Assembly: GCA_903937405.1 (NCBI GenBank)
Contig: CAIZZE010000072.1
Location: forward strand, 1 to 60,281
Reading direction: 5' to 3'
Source of the DNA: an uncultured Alphaproteobacteria bacterium
Lineage (GTDB): Bacteria > Pseudomonadota > Alphaproteobacteria > Rickettsiales > UBA1997
Length of the DNA stretch: 60,281 bases
The notes below the pieces were generated by a model. It was not told the DNA's origin, made no database searches, and was given only the letters and a program-made list of their open reading frames with translations. This document shows positions 38,268-47,999 of the stretch, one piece after another. Numbering within the stretch: position 1 is the first letter of the stretch; every line of letters begins with the position of its first letter. The position numbers and the translations under genes are program-made.

Positions 38268-39795
38268 TGTGCCTCTTTGGTGTAAAGATTAGAAATAGCA
38301 GCATTGCCAGAACCAGCAATATTAAGGGTGTATAGCTATATTTTTCGTAAATTGTTGGAGCAAGATTTTTGACAAGATCAACGTCAATTATTCCAGATTG
38401 ATTCAAATTGATTCTATCTACCACGCGACCAAACGGATCAATAAAGGCCGTAATTCCAGTGTTCGCAACACGTGCTAATGAAATTCCCGACTCAATCGAA
38501 CGCATTCTCGCCATGTCAAAATGCTGATAAGGACCAGAACTGACGCCAAACCAAGCATCATTTGTTAAATTAACTAATAGATCGGGACGATTTTTTTTAT
38601 CACTAATCTGACCAGAAAAAATCACTTCATAACAAAGTAATGGGCTAAAAGAAAAGTTTGGAGTTTTGATTGTTTTAGGCCCCTCGCCTTGCGAAAAACC
38701 GACTGCGCCTTCAGTGATTTTATTGATGAAAGGGAAATATTTTTGCAAAGGCACATATTCACCAAAAGGAACCAAATGATGTTTATCGTAAGTTGCAAAA
38801 ACTCCATTCCAATCAAGAGCAAAAACACTGTTCCAAACATTTTTTAAATCATCTTCACTTCCTTCAATACGCAATCCGCCGGTAATTAGCGTGCCATTTG
38901 TCGGAGTTGCCAGTTTTAATTTTTCCAGCAATTGCGGGTTTGAGTCAAAAATATAAGACACTGAAGTTTCCGACCAAATTACAGAATTAATTCCTTCTAA
39001 ACTGCGCGAATTTGTCAGCTCAATATACTTTAAAAAATTACGGTATTTTTGTTGCGGATTCCATTTCATTTCCTGTTCAACATTTCCTTGAACTAGACGA
39101 ATAGTAGTTTTGTGATCATGAACTAATTTTTTTTCATCAATTGAAAAATAGCCGTAAATAAAATTTCCAACGAAAAAAACTGCGATAATTACAGCGAAAA
39201 TTTTATCGCCCAAAGTTCTTGTGGTAAAAAACAAGGTCGGAAATAAACAGGTTAAAACCGCTAAAACACTAAGTCCGTAAATTCCGAAAACATTCCCTGC
39301 TTGAGCAAAATTAACATCAAACATCCAAATATAGCCCAATAAATTCCAAGGAAATCCGGTAAAAAGAGTGGCGCGTAACATTTCGAAAAATAACCAGCAG
39401 AGCGCGAAAATAAGAATTTTTTGATAAGTAAAAAGTGGTCGAAATTTCTTGATAAAAAATTTATAACTAAGCGCGAATAGCGCCACATAAAGCGCCAACA
39501 CGCCTGGAATTAAAGTTAAAGCAAAAGGAATTAACCAAGCAAATTTTTCAGCATCCACTAAAAGCGAAATTGCGATCCAATAAACTCCAGTTAAAAAATA
39601 TCCAAATCCATAAGCAAAACCTAACCAAAAAACTGATTTTTTGGCCTCAATCTTTTCCAACAATAAATAAAAACCTGAAAGAGAAATTGCGCCGACTAAA
39701 AAAAAGTGAAATGGCGCAAAAGCTAAACTGCAAATCGCTCCTAAAAAAAGTGAAGCCGCATATTTATTTTTAAAAAATAATTTAATTTTTTTCAT
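38239..39795 (-). CDS. lnt: Apolipoprotein N-acyltransferase
   Basis: Polytopic N-terminal domain plus a C-terminal nitrilase-type CN-hydrolase domain containing the catalytic-Cys context SPLLCYEVIF. Confidence 0.88.
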   Translation of the reverse strand: MKKIKLFFKNKYAASLFLGAICSLAFAPFHFFLVGAISLSGFYLLLEKIEAKKSVFWLGFAYGFGYFLTGVYWIAISLLVDAEKFAWLIPFALTLIPGVLALYVALFALSYKFFIKKFRPLFTYQKILIFALCWLFFEMLRATLFTGFPWNLLGYIWMFDVNFAQAGNVFGIYGLSVLAVLTCLFPTLFFTTRTLGDKIFAVIIAVFFVGNFIYGYFSIDEKKLVHDHKTTIRLVQGNVEQEMKWNPQQKYRNFLKYIELTNSRSLEGINSVIWSETSVSYIFDSNPQLLEKLKLATPTNGTLITGGLRIEGSEDDLKNVWNSVFALDWNGVFATYDKHHLVPFGEYVPLQKYFPFINKITEGAVGFSQGEGPKTIKTPNFSFSPLLCYEVIFSGQISDKKNRPDLLVNLTNDAWFGVSSGPYQHFDMARMRSIESGISLARVANTGITAFIDPFGRVVDRINLNQSGIIDVDLVKNLAPTIYEKYSYTPLILLVLAMLLFLIFTPKRHNVTRQNHTN

Positions 39796-41833
39796 TTCTT
39801 ACATAAACCTCATAATCTTGCGTGATCTTCACGGTTGTAGGCTTTGCCTGATCAAAAATACTCGCTTTTTCTCCGGTTATAAATCTTAATTTTTTTAACG
39901 GTTTAACTTTTTTTGTAACTATGATGTGATTTACTAAATGAAAATTTGGGAGGAATAATTTTTTAAATTCAGCATCAATAAAATAATATTCCAAAACGCC
40001 GATTAAACAGCGATGCTCTTTGTCTAAAATATCTGGCGTATTATTTACAAAAATCACTTTCACCTTGTCATTTTTAATTTGATCAACGATGTCCAAAAAA
40101 AGATAATAGCGCGTAAATGCGACATCAGTATCTCTAATTGGAAAAATTAGCGGACTACCTGCCTCTCCTTGATTTGCTTGGGCTGCCGAGATATGAAACT
40201 TGCCGTAATTAATTTTTTGCAAGTAATTTAAAAGTGGAAATTGATGCGCAATCATGGTTGATAAAACTATAATTCCATCCTCTTTTTTAGGTGCATATTC
40301 ATGAGAATAATAAGTCATGAAATCAGAAATTTTATTGGGATAAGTATAATAACTATCGTGCCTAACCAGATTTATTACTGAAGTAATGTATGAATAAAGC
40401 AGACATGAAATTGAAGTTAAAACTACAAAAACAAAAAACGGCGAAAATTTGGGAAAAAATTTGGCGTAAATTTTCTTTTCAAAAAAGAAAAGAACCACAA
40501 AAAGAATAGATAAATTAACCGAAATATAAGCCCATCCGCCAAGGTAGCGCAAGGTTAGGATTGCAATAGTTAGAAGTGTTAAATAACCAAATAAAAACAG
40601 GATAATTTTTTTGGCAGAGAAAAATTTACGGCGCTGTTGGGCAGTTAATTTTTTAGCGAAAAAAAACGGGTAAATTAGAATTGTCAGCCACCAAATATTT
40701 ACAAAACCGCCAAGACCAAAAATTGAAGCGGGTAAAATTTCTAAATCAAAAATCGGTAAAAAAATCAAAGCAGCGCTGATAAATTGATTCTCCATTATTG
40801 AAAATTGTTTTGAGCTAAAAAGATCAAAAAGAAATTTGGCAAAACAGATTGTTGCAACTGCATAAAAAACCACGATTTGGTCAATAGTGCCAATGTTTTC
40901 AACGATAATCAAAAGTGATGCGCCGCAATAAAAACAGAAAAGGATTTTATCATTGGCGCTAAATTTAAAGCGCGAAAATATTAAAAATATAAAAGCAAAA
41001 ACTGCAACGCGCGACGCGATATGTCGCCAGAAATTTTCGATAAAAACGTGGTAATCATAATAAGCATTGTAAGTTTTTGACCACATCGGAACCATGAATT
41101 CAAAGAATTCAGGGGTTAATTTTATCATTAAAAATAGATAAAAAATACCAACGAGATACATTACGAGCTTATCAAATTCGTAAAAAAAGCGCAGAGATTT
41201 TTTTTGCCAAAAGTGATAAAATTCGACAAAAATCATCAAGCATAAATAATGTGGCTTAATGCATGGAATCAATCCCATCAATATTCCACGCCAAGTTAAT
41301 TCTTTTTTTGTAAACTGATTTTTTCTTGCAAATGAAAAAGAAATATAAGGATAAAGTGCCATTAAAAGCAGGCTGGTTTTAGTACCAAATTCTGCAATTT
41401 CTAAAGCGCGCGGTCTCAAGAAAAAACCTAAAAAATAGCCGATAATAATCAGATTATAATGAGCTTTATTCTCATAAATCGTGGTGCGTTTCAAGATTTG
41501 CGCCGACCAAAATATTGACAAAAGTGCCAGCAGATTAATCACAATTTCCGACATGAAAATCGGGTTTATATTTAGGATTTGCGCCAACTCATATTCCAGA
41601 GCATAAAAATAAAAAGAGATCGGGAAATTGCTTTCAAAAAACTCATAATAATAACGTCCGCCTTCAGCAACTTTTTTGCCTAAGTTCAGGTAAACACCGG
41701 TATCAGAACCAATATCAATTAAAGAACGAAAAAAAATACTGGCCAAAAAAATCAGCAGGCAAGCGCTTTGCAGGAAAATTCTTAAACCGAAAAATTCAGT
41801 CAAAGATTTTTTATTAATTATTTTTTCTAACAT
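39782..41833 (-). CDS. Large polytopic membrane protein, GT-C (ArnT/PMT-like) glycosyltransferase candidate, paralog 1
   Basis: About 12 TM segments, first-loop acidic motif DIGSDTGVYLNLGKKVAEGGRYYYEFFESNFPISFY, and a soluble C-terminal domain of about 200 aa. The ATG at 41833 is preferred over the TTG at 41854. Confidence 0.55.
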   Translation of the reverse strand: MLEKIINKKSLTEFFGLRIFLQSACLLIFLASIFFRSLIDIGSDTGVYLNLGKKVAEGGRYYYEFFESNFPISFYFYALEYELAQILNINPIFMSEIVINLLALLSIFWSAQILKRTTIYENKAHYNLIIIGYFLGFFLRPRALEIAEFGTKTSLLLMALYPYISFSFARKNQFTKKELTWRGILMGLIPCIKPHYLCLMIFVEFYHFWQKKSLRFFYEFDKLVMYLVGIFYLFLMIKLTPEFFEFMVPMWSKTYNAYYDYHVFIENFWRHIASRVAVFAFIFLIFSRFKFSANDKILFCFYCGASLLIIVENIGTIDQIVVFYAVATICFAKFLFDLFSSKQFSIMENQFISAALIFLPIFDLEILPASIFGLGGFVNIWWLTILIYPFFFAKKLTAQQRRKFFSAKKIILFLFGYLTLLTIAILTLRYLGGWAYISVNLSILFVVLFFFEKKIYAKFFPKFSPFFVFVVLTSISCLLYSYITSVINLVRHDSYYTYPNKISDFMTYYSHEYAPKKEDGIIVLSTMIAHQFPLLNYLQKINYGKFHISAAQANQGEAGSPLIFPIRDTDVAFTRYYLFLDIVDQIKNDKVKVIFVNNTPDILDKEHRCLIGVLEYYFIDAEFKKLFLPNFHLVNHIIVTKKVKPLKKLRFITGEKASIFDQAKPTTVKITQDYEVYVRNEKN

Positions 41834-43865
41834 AAACCTCAATTTCCCTCTCAATAATACGTGAACTTTTCGAAATATTTAGATTTTTTTCATCAGCATA
41901 AAGCTCAACTTTTTTATCCAGATTTTTATATTGGATTATGCGGTTTAAGAAAGTGTAATTTTGAAGGAAAATTTTCTTAAATTCAGGATCATAAAAATAA
42001 TATTCTAAAAATCCGATTACGCATAAATTATCAACGCCGCTGCCTTTATTTTCGATAAAAAGCAGTTGGTTTTTTGGATTTAGCATTTGCTCCTTAACTC
42101 TTAGAAACAAATAGTTTTCGACGCTATTTATTTTACTTTTATTATTGATTTTCTCATACAAGAAAAATAGTTGCAAAGAAGGTAATTTATTTTGTTTTCC
42201 GGCATAATTAATCATCGGATAAGTTCCAGAAATTGCATTGGCAATCACTTCTATTTCATCATCATTTTTGGTGTTATTTTTCACTGTTTTAATCATTTCA
42301 TTATTCACATAATTTGTGGCATGAGATTGATCAGTAATTGCAAAAACCTGTAGGCTTAAAAAATAAGAAAAAACTGTAAAAATAACGCCGGCTGAAAATT
42401 GAGAGAATTTTTTTGTAGCAAAGAATTTTTGGTATAAATTTTGATAAAATCTGACTAATAAAATCAGAATTATCGTCGATAAAAACCAAGCTAAATTTCC
42501 GGTTTTTTTATTAAAAAACAGCACGATCGTAAAGATCGCTAAAGCACTAAAACAAAGCCACGAAATAAAATTACGCTGCAAAAAATAACGTCCAAAAAAT
42601 CCACCGGTTTGCAGATTTTCATTTTTTAAAATATTGCGCCATTTAGCTGATAAAATCATGGCGAAAATCCACCAAAAAGCACCGAGATTAAAAATAATTG
42701 CGGTGAAAATTGTTTTATCAAATTGTGGGATCAGGAAAATTACCATCAAAGCAAGGGTATCGCGACGCCAATTGATGTAATTATTTTTGACAATTTCAAC
42801 AAAGAGCAAAATAAAAAAAGGCAGAGAAAGTGAATAAAAAGCAAATCTTTGATCTATTCCACCAAGAAGTTCTGCGATTACAACCAGAAGAGATCCTAAT
42901 GAAGCGATGAATAATGCTTTCAGTAAACCGGGTTTTTTTACAAAGGAGAGACATAAAACCATTAAGAAAATAAAGGGCAAAAGATCTTCTTTGATTACAA
43001 AAAATATGCAAAAAGAACCGTTAAAATAAATTTTGGAAAAACTGGGAATTGCTGAAATATAGTCAGGAAAATGAAGGAATAAGAAAACCAAATAAGAAAC
43101 CAGCAAAGCTAGAGTTACATAGTTTTGTAGACGAAAAATTGTTTTAATTGATTTTTTTTCAAACAATCTGACCAGCTCAAAAACTATCACCAAAATGCCA
43201 TAATGCGGTTTAAGGCAAAATATCAGTGCCGCAATTATTCCTGCTATTATTTGATCGGATTTTTTTGGTCTTTCTAAAAGCCAAAAAGAAATATAAAGCA
43301 TTGCCAAAGCCAGATAAAATGTGGATTTGGTGCCAAATTCATTAAATGACAATGTAAATACACGAAGAAAAAAACCGCAGGCAAAAGCGAGAATAATTAT
43401 GTTAAAAGTGGTTTGATCTTTGATAGCAGATGATCTTTTTAAAATTTTTGCCGTGAAATAAAGCGCTAAAATTCCAACTAAATTGGTAAAAATTTCCAAG
43501 GCGATTATCGGATTTATGGCAAAAAATTTGGCAGGAATTTGGGCCAAAGATAAAAAATAAAAAACCAGCGGCAGATTATTTTCGAAAAAATCGAAATAAT
43601 ATTTGCCGCCATTTAAAAATTTTTGAGTAATTTCAAGACAAGCTGCCGAATCATGACCAATATCATGCGTTGATCTAATCAAAACGCTCAAAGCAATGAT
43701 TACAAGGCTTCCAAAAAAGGCACAGCTTTTGGCGGCAAAGACTTTTTTCAAAAAACCACCAATTTTAGAAATTTTACTAAGCAAAAAATCTTCGAGCTTT
43801 TTTCCTAAAATAAGCCTTTTTTCCTCGAAATTTTTTTGGATTTCCAATGTATCAAATTTCCGCAT
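41814..43865 (-). CDS. Large polytopic membrane protein, GT-C (ArnT/PMT-like) glycosyltransferase candidate, paralog 2
   Basis: Collinear with paralog 1 (HDIGHDSAACLEITQKFLNGGKYYFDFFENNLPLVFY; C-terminal GFLEYYFYDPEFKKIFLQNY versus GVLEYYFIDAEFKKLFLPNF). The ATG at 43865 is preferred over the TTG at 43940. Confidence 0.55.
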   Translation of the reverse strand: MRKFDTLEIQKNFEEKRLILGKKLEDFLLSKISKIGGFLKKVFAAKSCAFFGSLVIIALSVLIRSTHDIGHDSAACLEITQKFLNGGKYYFDFFENNLPLVFYFLSLAQIPAKFFAINPIIALEIFTNLVGILALYFTAKILKRSSAIKDQTTFNIIILAFACGFFLRVFTLSFNEFGTKSTFYLALAMLYISFWLLERPKKSDQIIAGIIAALIFCLKPHYGILVIVFELVRLFEKKSIKTIFRLQNYVTLALLVSYLVFLFLHFPDYISAIPSFSKIYFNGSFCIFFVIKEDLLPFIFLMVLCLSFVKKPGLLKALFIASLGSLLVVIAELLGGIDQRFAFYSLSLPFFILLFVEIVKNNYINWRRDTLALMVIFLIPQFDKTIFTAIIFNLGAFWWIFAMILSAKWRNILKNENLQTGGFFGRYFLQRNFISWLCFSALAIFTIVLFFNKKTGNLAWFLSTIILILLVRFYQNLYQKFFATKKFSQFSAGVIFTVFSYFLSLQVFAITDQSHATNYVNNEMIKTVKNNTKNDDEIEVIANAISGTYPMINYAGKQNKLPSLQLFFLYEKINNKSKINSVENYLFLRVKEQMLNPKNQLLFIENKGSGVDNLCVIGFLEYYFYDPEFKKIFLQNYTFLNRIIQYKNLDKKVELYADEKNLNISKSSRIIEREIEVYVRKNN

Positions 43866-43958
43866 CAGCACTTGCAAGTAAAAGGTTGAATTTTTCTTCG
43901 TAAAATAAAGAATAAAGGCAGCAGATAAATCTCTCTTCAATCAAAAATCAATTTATAA

Positions 43959-45446
43959 ATGACTAGAACAATAACGGTTGCCTATGGCGATGGCATTGGC
44001 CCGGAAATTATGGAAAGCACTCTTGAAATTCTCAAAGAAGCAAAAGCTGATATTAAATTTAATATTATCGAAGTTGGTAAAAAAATTTACGAAAAAGGTT
44101 TTAATTCTGGCCTTATGCCATCGGCTTGGGAAGATTTAAACAGCACGCGCATTTTGTTAAAAGCACCAATTACAACTCCGCAAGGCGGCGGTTACAAAAG
44201 CTTGAATGTGACCATGAGAAAAAAACTGGGTCTTTTTGCCAATGTGCGCCCAGTTTCGTCATTTCATCCTTTCATCGCCACAAAATGTCCCGGAATGGAT
44301 GTTGTTATTGTGCGCGAAAATGAAGAAGATCTTTATGCCGGAATTGAATATCGTCAATCCGAACAAACTTACGAATGCTTGAAATTAGTGACTCGCAAGG
44401 GTTGTGAAAAAATTGTGCGTTATGCTTTTGAATATGCGGTTGCCAATGGCAGAAAAAAAGTAAGCTGTTTTTCAAAAGACAATATTATGAAAATGACAGA
44501 TGGAATTTTTCATAAAGTTTTTGATGAAATTGCTCAAGAATATCCTCAAATTAAAAATGAACATTACATCATCGACATAGGAACAGCGCGCCTTGCCGCT
44601 AAGCCAGAAATTTTTGATGTGATCGTAACAATGAATCTTTACGGCGATATTATTTCCGACGTTGTTGCTGAAACATCGGGTTCTGTAGGTTTAGCCGGTT
44701 CAGCAAATATCGGCAAAGATTATGCCATGTTTGAAGCAATTCATGGATCAGCGCCCGACATTGCTGGGCAAGATATCGCTAACCCAACAGGATTGCTGCA
44801 TGGCGCGATTATGATGTTGGTTCATATCGGTCAAACTGAAGTTGCCAACAATATTAGAAACGCCCTTTACAAAACGATTGAAGATGGAATTCATACTGCT
44901 GATATTTTCAATGAAACCAGCAGCAAAAAAAAAGTTGGAACTAAAGAATTTACTCGCGAAGTAATTTCTAGATTAGGTCAAAAGCCAAGCCAATTGCCGC
45001 TTGCCAACTTTTCTACTTCAGACAATAAAACTGAAATTAAAGGTGAAGAAATTGCTCAAAAAGCAGAAATAAGAACTTTAATCGGTTTTGATTTATTTGT
45101 GGAATGGAGCGAAAAATTTGACGATTTATTAGAAGTTTTAAAAGACATGGAAAGCGAAAAGCTGGAAGTAAAAATGATCAGCGCCAAAGGTCTTCTATTA
45201 TGGCCACATTTGGATAAACACATGATGCCAAATTACGCCGGCGGACAAACAATTTTGCGTTTTATCGGCAAAGGAATTACCGGAAAATCAAGCAATGATA
45301 TTATTGATGCCAAAAAAACAATCACGCATCAAGACATTATTGAAATGCTTTCGATTATGAATGAGAAAGAAATTGATTTTGTCAAATATGAAGGCTTGTA
45401 TTTGTTCGACGGCAAAGCGGGATATACCTCAGGACAAGGCGAATAA
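43959..45446 (+). CDS. icd: Isocitrate dehydrogenase (isocitrate/isopropylmalate DH family) with C-terminal extension of about 150 aa
   Basis: Family blocks NVTMRKKLGLFANVRP, NLYGDIISD and GSAPDIAGQDIANP. The 495-aa length resembles the long Rickettsia-type Icd. Confidence 0.8.
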   Translation: MTRTITVAYGDGIGPEIMESTLEILKEAKADIKFNIIEVGKKIYEKGFNSGLMPSAWEDLNSTRILLKAPITTPQGGGYKSLNVTMRKKLGLFANVRPVSSFHPFIATKCPGMDVVIVRENEEDLYAGIEYRQSEQTYECLKLVTRKGCEKIVRYAFEYAVANGRKKVSCFSKDNIMKMTDGIFHKVFDEIAQEYPQIKNEHYIIDIGTARLAAKPEIFDVIVTMNLYGDIISDVVAETSGSVGLAGSANIGKDYAMFEAIHGSAPDIAGQDIANPTGLLHGAIMMLVHIGQTEVANNIRNALYKTIEDGIHTADIFNETSSKKKVGTKEFTREVISRLGQKPSQLPLANFSTSDNKTEIKGEEIAQKAEIRTLIGFDLFVEWSEKFDDLLEVLKDMESEKLEVKMISAKGLLLWPHLDKHMMPNYAGGQTILRFIGKGITGKSSNDIIDAKKTITHQDIIEMLSIMNEKEIDFVKYEGLYLFDGKAGYTSGQGE

Positions 45447-45452
45447 TCACTT

Positions 45453-45480
45453 GTCATCCTTGGTTCACAGAGCCAAGGAT
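45453..45480. repeat. GTCATCCT-type hairpin repeat downstream of icd
   Basis: GTC-ATCCTTGG-ttcacagag-CCAAGGAT. Shares the GTCATCCT 5' end with the arms at 46853 and 57908. Confidence 0.45.
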
Positions 45481-45519
45481 TAATGAGCGAGGAAAAGCTA
45501 AAATAAAAATAGTTCAAAA

Positions 45520-46794
45520 ATGAAAGAACCAATCAGCTACGATCAACTTCTCGAAGTCCTTGAAAAAACAGTTGCGAGTTCTAGCCTTTATTGGCAGTCC
45601 TTGTCGCTGATTTTATGCTTCATTCTTTCTTACGTTTTTTACAAACTAAGCCGCAAATTCATCTTCCCAAAAATTATTTCTTCGACTCTTAAAAAAAATA
45701 TCGAACTTAATCGCCTCGTCACCAGATATCTCATTCCCTTACTCTATCCAATTTTTGCCGTAATTTTTCTTACAATCGGACTGTCTATTTATTCCGAATT
45801 TTTCAAAGAAACTATTCTCTTTTCCACTACATTAAAATTGGTCGCGCTTTTCTTGTTTCTGCGCTTCCTGCGCATTTCGTCAAACAATAGTTTTATTGCC
45901 ACTATTGCCGGCTTTTTTCTAATGCCGGCCTTAATTCTCGACATTTTCGGCATGCTCGATTTAGTAATTGAATATCTCGATTTCTACGCTTTCAAAATCG
46001 GCAATCTCCGCATCTCGATTTACCTAGTAGTTAAAGCCATTATAGTTTTGATGATCGTGTTTTGGATCTCAAGTTTAGTAAGCAAAAAAAGTAAATCTTA
46101 CGTCGATAATTCCAAAAGCATTAATTCTAGCACTAAAAGCATCATCGCAAAATTCATCGACATCATCGTTTACGGAATAGTCATCATAATTCTGCTTAAA
46201 ACTTTCGGGGTTGATATGACAACTCTAGCTGTAATTGGCGGTGCTGTCGGTGTGGGAATTGGGTTTGGTTTACAAAAAATCGCCTCCAATTTTATCAGCG
46301 GTATTATTTTACTTTTTGAAAAATCAGTCGAAATCGGCGACGTTGTTGAACTTGATGGCGGCAATATTTACGGCATCGTAAAACATTTTGGCGGCCGCTA
46401 CACTTTGATTGAAGGCTCTGACGGTAAAGAAATCATGGTACCAAATGAAGATTTCATCATCCAAAAAGTGACAAATTGGAGTTACACCAATAACCGCGCC
46501 AGAATTGAAATTAATTTAGGCGTGGCTTATGGCTCAGATTTGACAATGGTTCGCGATATTTTATTAAATTGTGCGCGAGAAAATCCGCGCTGCTTAAACT
46601 ATCCAGAAGCTGAATGTTTCGTCACATCTTTTGGCGAATATGATATTAAATTCACCCTTTATTTCTGGATCAGCGACATTGTAGAAGGCCGCGCCAAGCC
46701 GAAGAGCGATGTTTTGATAAATATCTGGGGCAAACTTCAAGAAAATAATATCCGCATTCCGCTTCCGCAAAGAGAGGTTAAATCTTTGGTTTAA
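45520..46794 (+). CDS. Mechanosensitive ion channel, MscS family
   Basis: N-terminal TM helices followed by the MscS core (GVGIGFGLQKIASNFISGIILLFEKSVEIGDVVEL). Confidence 0.85.
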   Translation: MKEPISYDQLLEVLEKTVASSSLYWQSLSLILCFILSYVFYKLSRKFIFPKIISSTLKKNIELNRLVTRYLIPLLYPIFAVIFLTIGLSIYSEFFKETILFSTTLKLVALFLFLRFLRISSNNSFIATIAGFFLMPALILDIFGMLDLVIEYLDFYAFKIGNLRISIYLVVKAIIVLMIVFWISSLVSKKSKSYVDNSKSINSSTKSIIAKFIDIIVYGIVIIILLKTFGVDMTTLAVIGGAVGVGIGFGLQKIASNFISGIILLFEKSVEIGDVVELDGGNIYGIVKHFGGRYTLIEGSDGKEIMVPNEDFIIQKVTNWSYTNNRARIEINLGVAYGSDLTMVRDILLNCARENPRCLNYPEAECFVTSFGEYDIKFTLYFWISDIVEGRAKPKSDVLINIWGKLQENNIRIPLPQREVKSLV

Positions 46795-46802
46795 CCTTTA
46801 TT

Positions 46803-46878
46803 AGATCCTGAAACAAGTTCAGGATGACGATGTGAGAAGACCTACTAAATCTGTCATCCTGAACTCGTTTCAGGATCT
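46803..46878. repeat. Complete 76-bp palindromic (MITE/RPE-like) element
   Basis: 26-nt arms AGATCCTGAAACAAGTTCAGGATGAC and GTCATCCTGAACTCGTTTCAGGATCT (1 mismatch), separated by a 24-nt spacer. Each arm is itself a hairpin (ATCCTGAA/TTCAGGAT). Confidence 0.75.
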
Positions 46879-46904
46879 AGCGTGAATAATAATTCAAAAA
46901 CATT

Positions 46905-47999
46905 ATGAAAATTCTCTTCGACCATCAAATCTTTGTCTCCCAGAAAAACGGCGGCATTTCGCGTTTTTTTTGCAATTTAATCGACCATTTGAAACAAGAA
47001 GAAAATACCGAAATTTTATTGCCGGTTGTTGAGCATGAAAATGAATATTTGAAGGAATTTACAAATATCGTAAATCCCAAAATCGCACCCAGTAAAATTC
47101 AAAAATTCTTAAAAAAAGATCAAAATTTCGCCGCAATTAATTCATTTTTTGAATCAGGAAATTTCGATATTTTTCACCCAACTTATTATAGCAAATATTT
47201 CCTTGAACACCTGAAAAACAAGCCTTTCGTGACCACAATTCACGATATGACTTACGAACTTTATCCTGAGTTTTTTTCACCAAAAGATCAAACCGCAAAT
47301 TTAAAATTAGAATCAGCAAAAAGAGCAAAAAAAATTATCCTGGTTTCAGAAAATACCAAAAAAGATTTAATCCGTTTAACCGATATTAAAGAAGAAAAAA
47401 TCGCCGTAATTGCACAAGCTTGTTCACTTGATATTTCGATAAATGTCGACCGCAATTTACTTATTTCACCAAACCAAGAATACTTACTCTTCGTTGGAAC
47501 CAGAAGCATTTATAAAAACTTTTATTTCACAGTTTTGGCAATTGAAAAAACTCTAAAAAATAATCCAAATTTAAATTTTTTATGCTTTGGTCAGCCTTTT
47601 AGCAAAAAGGAAAAAACTTTTTTAGCCAGCCATGGTTTAGATAAAAAAGTTTTTGCAATTCAAGGCAATGATTCAACTTTGGTCGGTCTTTACAAAAACG
47701 CCCTCGCCTTTCTAGCACCCTCTTATTGCGAAGGTTTTTATGTAACTTTGCTCGAAGCTTTTGCTTGCGGTTGTCCTGTGCTTGCAAGCAATAAAGAACC
47801 AATTCCGGAAGTTGCGGGTGATGCAGCAATTTACTTTGATCCGAAAGATAATTTGGCGATCAAAGCCAGCGTTGAAAACATCATTTCCGATTCTGATTTA
47901 AGAAAAAAAATGAGCGCCAAAGGTTTGGAAAGAAATAAATTATTTACTTGGCAAAATGTTGCCGGACAAACGCGGGAGCTTTATGAATCAATCGTTTAA
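46905..47999 (+). CDS. Glycosyltransferase family 4 (GT-B fold)
   Basis: C-terminal EX7E region (PSYCEGFYVTLLEAFACGCPVLAS). Confidence 0.8.
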   Translation: MKILFDHQIFVSQKNGGISRFFCNLIDHLKQEENTEILLPVVEHENEYLKEFTNIVNPKIAPSKIQKFLKKDQNFAAINSFFESGNFDIFHPTYYSKYFLEHLKNKPFVTTIHDMTYELYPEFFSPKDQTANLKLESAKRAKKIILVSENTKKDLIRLTDIKEEKIAVIAQACSLDISINVDRNLLISPNQEYLLFVGTRSIYKNFYFTVLAIEKTLKNNPNLNFLCFGQPFSKKEKTFLASHGLDKKVFAIQGNDSTLVGLYKNALAFLAPSYCEGFYVTLLEAFACGCPVLASNKEPIPEVAGDAAIYFDPKDNLAIKASVENIISDSDLRKKMSAKGLERNKLFTWQNVAGQTRELYESIV

